Source of the DNA: Eutreptiella sp. 'Long Island Sound 2002'
Lineage: Eukaryota; Protista; Euglenida
Length of the DNA: 64,000 nt
Direction of reading: 5' to 3'
Assembly: GCA_964036045.1 (NCBI GenBank)
Contig: OZ038378.1
Location: 180,296,001-180,360,000 of the forward strand
The stretch's first letter is position 1; each line of letters starts with the position of its first letter. A model generated the notes under the pieces. That model was not told the origin of the DNA, did no database searches, and saw only the letters and a list, made by a program, of their open reading frames with translations. The position numbers were made by a program, and so were the translations under genes. Shown in pieces: positions 60,967 to 64,000 of the stretch.

Positions 60967-61457
60967 GTCCGACAGGAGGGTCGCCAAGGGGCGCACTGCG
61001 CTTTGCGTTGGACAGGCGCCCGTTGCAATGCCGGCCGACAAGGAAGGGCCGTGTGGTTGTTTGATCAGGCCCTCTGTCAGGGAATGTGTGGCAAGGCACG
61101 CACAAAGGGCATGCATCGCAGAACACAAACGTGGGATGAGTCATGGATCCCGGGTTCTTTGCAGGGCGCTCCATGGGGACTGAGTGGCTCTAAAGGAGCG
61201 CTTGCCAAGGTGCCGGGTTACCGGCCAACCAACGGCTGTATTGGGTGTGCGTGCTGATGACCGAGAGTTTTTTTTCAGTTGGGGAGAGCTCCATTTCTTT
61301 GTCTCCAATGCATTGGAAGCAGCGAGCCAGTTCATGCCGCATGGTGCTGCTCCGTCTTGTTTCATGTCCCCATAGCCAAAGAAAGAGGCACGAGGTGGCA
61401 CTCAAAGCCTGTCCGTCCTTAGGAGTGCCTCGGCGCTGAGTACTGTTGTGCACGGTG

Positions 61458-64000
61458 TCGTTATGCTGTATGCCACTGGGGATGTGCTGTGTGCCGCTGG
61501 GGATGTGCTGTATGCCACTGGGGATGTGCTGTATGCCACTGGGGATGTGCTGTATGCCACTGGGGTTGTGCTGTGTGCCACTGGGGTTGTGCTGTGTGCC
61601 ACTGGGGTTGTGCTGTATGCCACTGGGGATGTGCTGTGTGCCACTGGGGTTGTGCTGTGTGCCACTGGGGTTGTGCTGTGTGCCACTGGGGTTGTGCTGT
61701 ATGCCACTGGGGTTGTGCTGTGTGCCACTGGGGATGTGCTGTGTGCCACTGGGGTTGTGCTGTATGCCACTGGGGATGTGCTGTATGCCACTGGGGTTGT
61801 GCTGTGTGCCACTGGGGATGTGCTGTATGCCACTGGGGTTGTGCTGTATGCCACTGGGGTTGTGCTGTGTGCCACTGGGGTTGTGCTGTGTGCCACTGGG
61901 GATGTGCTGTGTGCCACTGGGGTTGTGCTGTATGCCGCTGGGGTTGTGCTGTGTGCCGCTGGGGATGTGCTGTATGCCACTGGGGATGTGCTGTATGCCA
62001 CTGGGGTTGTGCTGTGTGCCACTGGGGTTGTGCTGTGTGCCACTGGGGATGTGCTGTATGCCACTGGGGTTGTGCTGTGTGCCACTGGGGATGTGCTGTG
62101 TGCCACTGGGGTTGTGCTGTATGCCACTGGGGATGTGCTGTATGCCACTGGGGTTGTGCTGTGTGCCACTGGGGATGTGCTGTATGCCACTGGGGTTGTG
62201 CTGTATGCCACTGGGGTTGTGCTGTGTGCCACTGGGGTTGTGCTGTGTGCCACTGGGGATGTGCTGTGTGCCACTGGGGTTGTGCTGTATGCCACTGGGG
62301 ATGTGCTGTATGCCGCTGGGGATGTGCTGTATGCCACTGGGGATGTGCTGTATGCCACTGGGGATGTGCTGTATGCCACTGGGGATGTGCTGTATGCCAC
62401 TGGGGTTTTGCTGTATGCCACTGGGGTTGTGCTGTATGCCACTGGGGATGTGCTGTATGCCACTGGGGTTGTGCTGTGTGCCACTGGGGTTGTGCTGTGT
62501 GCCACTGGGGTTGTGCTGTATGCCACTGGGGATGTGCTGTATGCCGCTGGGGATGTGCTGTATGCCACTGGGGATGTGCTGTATGCCACTGGGGTTGTGC
62601 TGTATGCCACTGGGGATGTGCTGTATGCCACTGGGGATGTGCTGTATGCCACTGGGGATGTGCTGTATGCCGCTGGGGATGTGCTGTATGCCACTGGGGT
62701 TGTGCTGTGTGCCACTGGGGATGTGCTGTATGCCACTGGGGATGTGCTGTATGCCACTGGGGATGTGCTGTATGCCACTGGGGATGTGCTGTATGCCACT
62801 GGGGATGTGCTGTATGCCACTGGGGATGTGCTGTGTGCCGCTGGGGATGTGCTGTATGCCGCTGGGGATGTGCTGTATGCCACTGGGGTTGTGCTGTATG
62901 CCACTGGGGTTGTGCTGTGTGCCACTGGGGTTGTGCTGTGTGCCACTGGGGTTGTGCTGTGTGCCACTGGGGTTGTGCTGTATGCCACTGGGGATGTGCT
63001 GTATGCCACCGGGGTTGTGCTGTATGCCACTGGGGATGTGCTGTATGCCACTGGGGATGTGCTGTATGCCACTGGGGATGTGCTGTATGCCACTGGGGTT
63101 TTGCTGTATGCCACTGGGGTTGTGCTGTATGCCACTGGGGATGTGCTGTATGCCACTGGGGTTGTGCTGTGTGCCACTGGGGTTGTGCTGTGTGCCACTG
63201 GGGTTGTGCTGTATGCCACTGGGGATGTGCTGTATGCCGCTGGGGATGTGCTGTATGCCACTGGGGATGTGCTGTATGCCACTGGGGATGTGCTGTATGC
63301 CGCTGGGGATGTGCTGTATGCCACTGGGGATGTGCTGTATGCCACTGGGGATGTGCTGTATGCCACTGGGGATGTGCTGTATGCCACTGGGGTTGTGCTG
63401 TGTGCCACTGGGGATGTGCTGTATGCCACTGGGGATGTGCTGTATGCCACTGGGGATGTGCTGTATGCCACTGGGGATGTGCTGTATGCCACTGGGGATG
63501 TGCTGTATGCCGCTGGGGTTGTGCTGTATGCCACTGGGGTTGTGCTGTATGCCGCTGGGGATGTGCTGTGTGCCACTGGGGTTGTGCTGTATGCCACTGG
63601 GGATGTGCTGTATGCCACTGGGGATGTGCTGTATGCCACTGGGGATGTGCTGTATGCCACTGGGGATGTGCTGTATGCCACTCGGGATGTGCTGTATGCC
63701 ACTGGGGTTGTGCTGTATGCCACTGGGGCTGTGCTGTATGCCGCTGGGGATGTGCTGTGTGCCACTGGGGATGTGCTGTATGCCAGTGGGGATGTGCTGT
63801 ATGCCGCTGGGGATGTGCTGTATGCCACTGGGGTTGTGCTGTATGCCACTGGGGTTGTGCTGTGTGCCACTGGGGTTGTGCTGTATGCCACTGGGGATGT
63901 GCTGTATGCCACTGGGGATGTGCTGTATGCCACTGGGGATGTGCTGTATGCCGCTGGGGATGTGCTGTATGCCGCTGGGGATGTGCTGTATGCCACTGGG
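61458..64000. repeat. 21-bp minisatellite (GCCACTGGGGATGTGCTGTAT), ~120 copies, running off the window
   Basis: Unit length is constant, with three recurrent variable sites (gat/gtt, tat/tgt, act/gct). Confidence 0.97.

Noticed and set aside
61402-63996. 864-aa (AYSTSPV)n ORF as a real RPB1-CTD-like protein
   Set aside because: The unit is stop-free in all six frames, so length is uninformative. Variation is non-synonymous in this frame and no polymerase domain is visible. Kept only as a low-ranked finding.

Overview
Repeat-rich eukaryotic (protist-like) genomic DNA with GT-AG introns. TTAGGG-type repeats and the repeat style suggest a euglenid-like genome; this is an unverified inference. 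(1) 1-11.1 kb is retroelement territory. A structurally complete DIRS1-type tyrosine-recombinase retrotransposon (1974-6402, minus strand; gag-like ORF, RT-RNaseH-adenine-methylase ORF, recombinase ORF with one in-frame TAG, ITRs plus ICR) sits beside a decayed Ty3/gypsy pol. (2) From 13.7 kb to at least 61 kb, one giant plus-strand gene can be assembled by hand from 16 phase-compatible GT-AG exons (exon 15 runs into an N gap). It encodes a type I membrane protein of at least ~3,680 aa: EGF, CHB_HEX_C/Fn3-associated, CUB, Myxococcus-type Cys repeat, 2 EGF, a ~2,200-aa Ser/Thr mucin stalk with 178-aa and 66-aa tandem units, an Ig-like start, an unrecognised ~700-aa region, one TM helix and a cytoplasmic tail of exon-duplicated RRxS modules. 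The 5' end was not located. (3) The introns carry the most unusual material: a decayed RAG1/Transib-like DDE transposase next to a PhyH-like 2OG-Fe(II) dioxygenase with a C-terminal zinc finger; a second, oppositely oriented RAG1-like C-terminal fragment inside subterminal inverted repeats; an Ulp1-protease plus SAP-like fragment; a GC-rich decayed ORF; and many satellites. The window ends in a 21-bp minisatellite. No tRNA, rRNA or CRISPR array is supported. All domain calls are by eye, without database searches.
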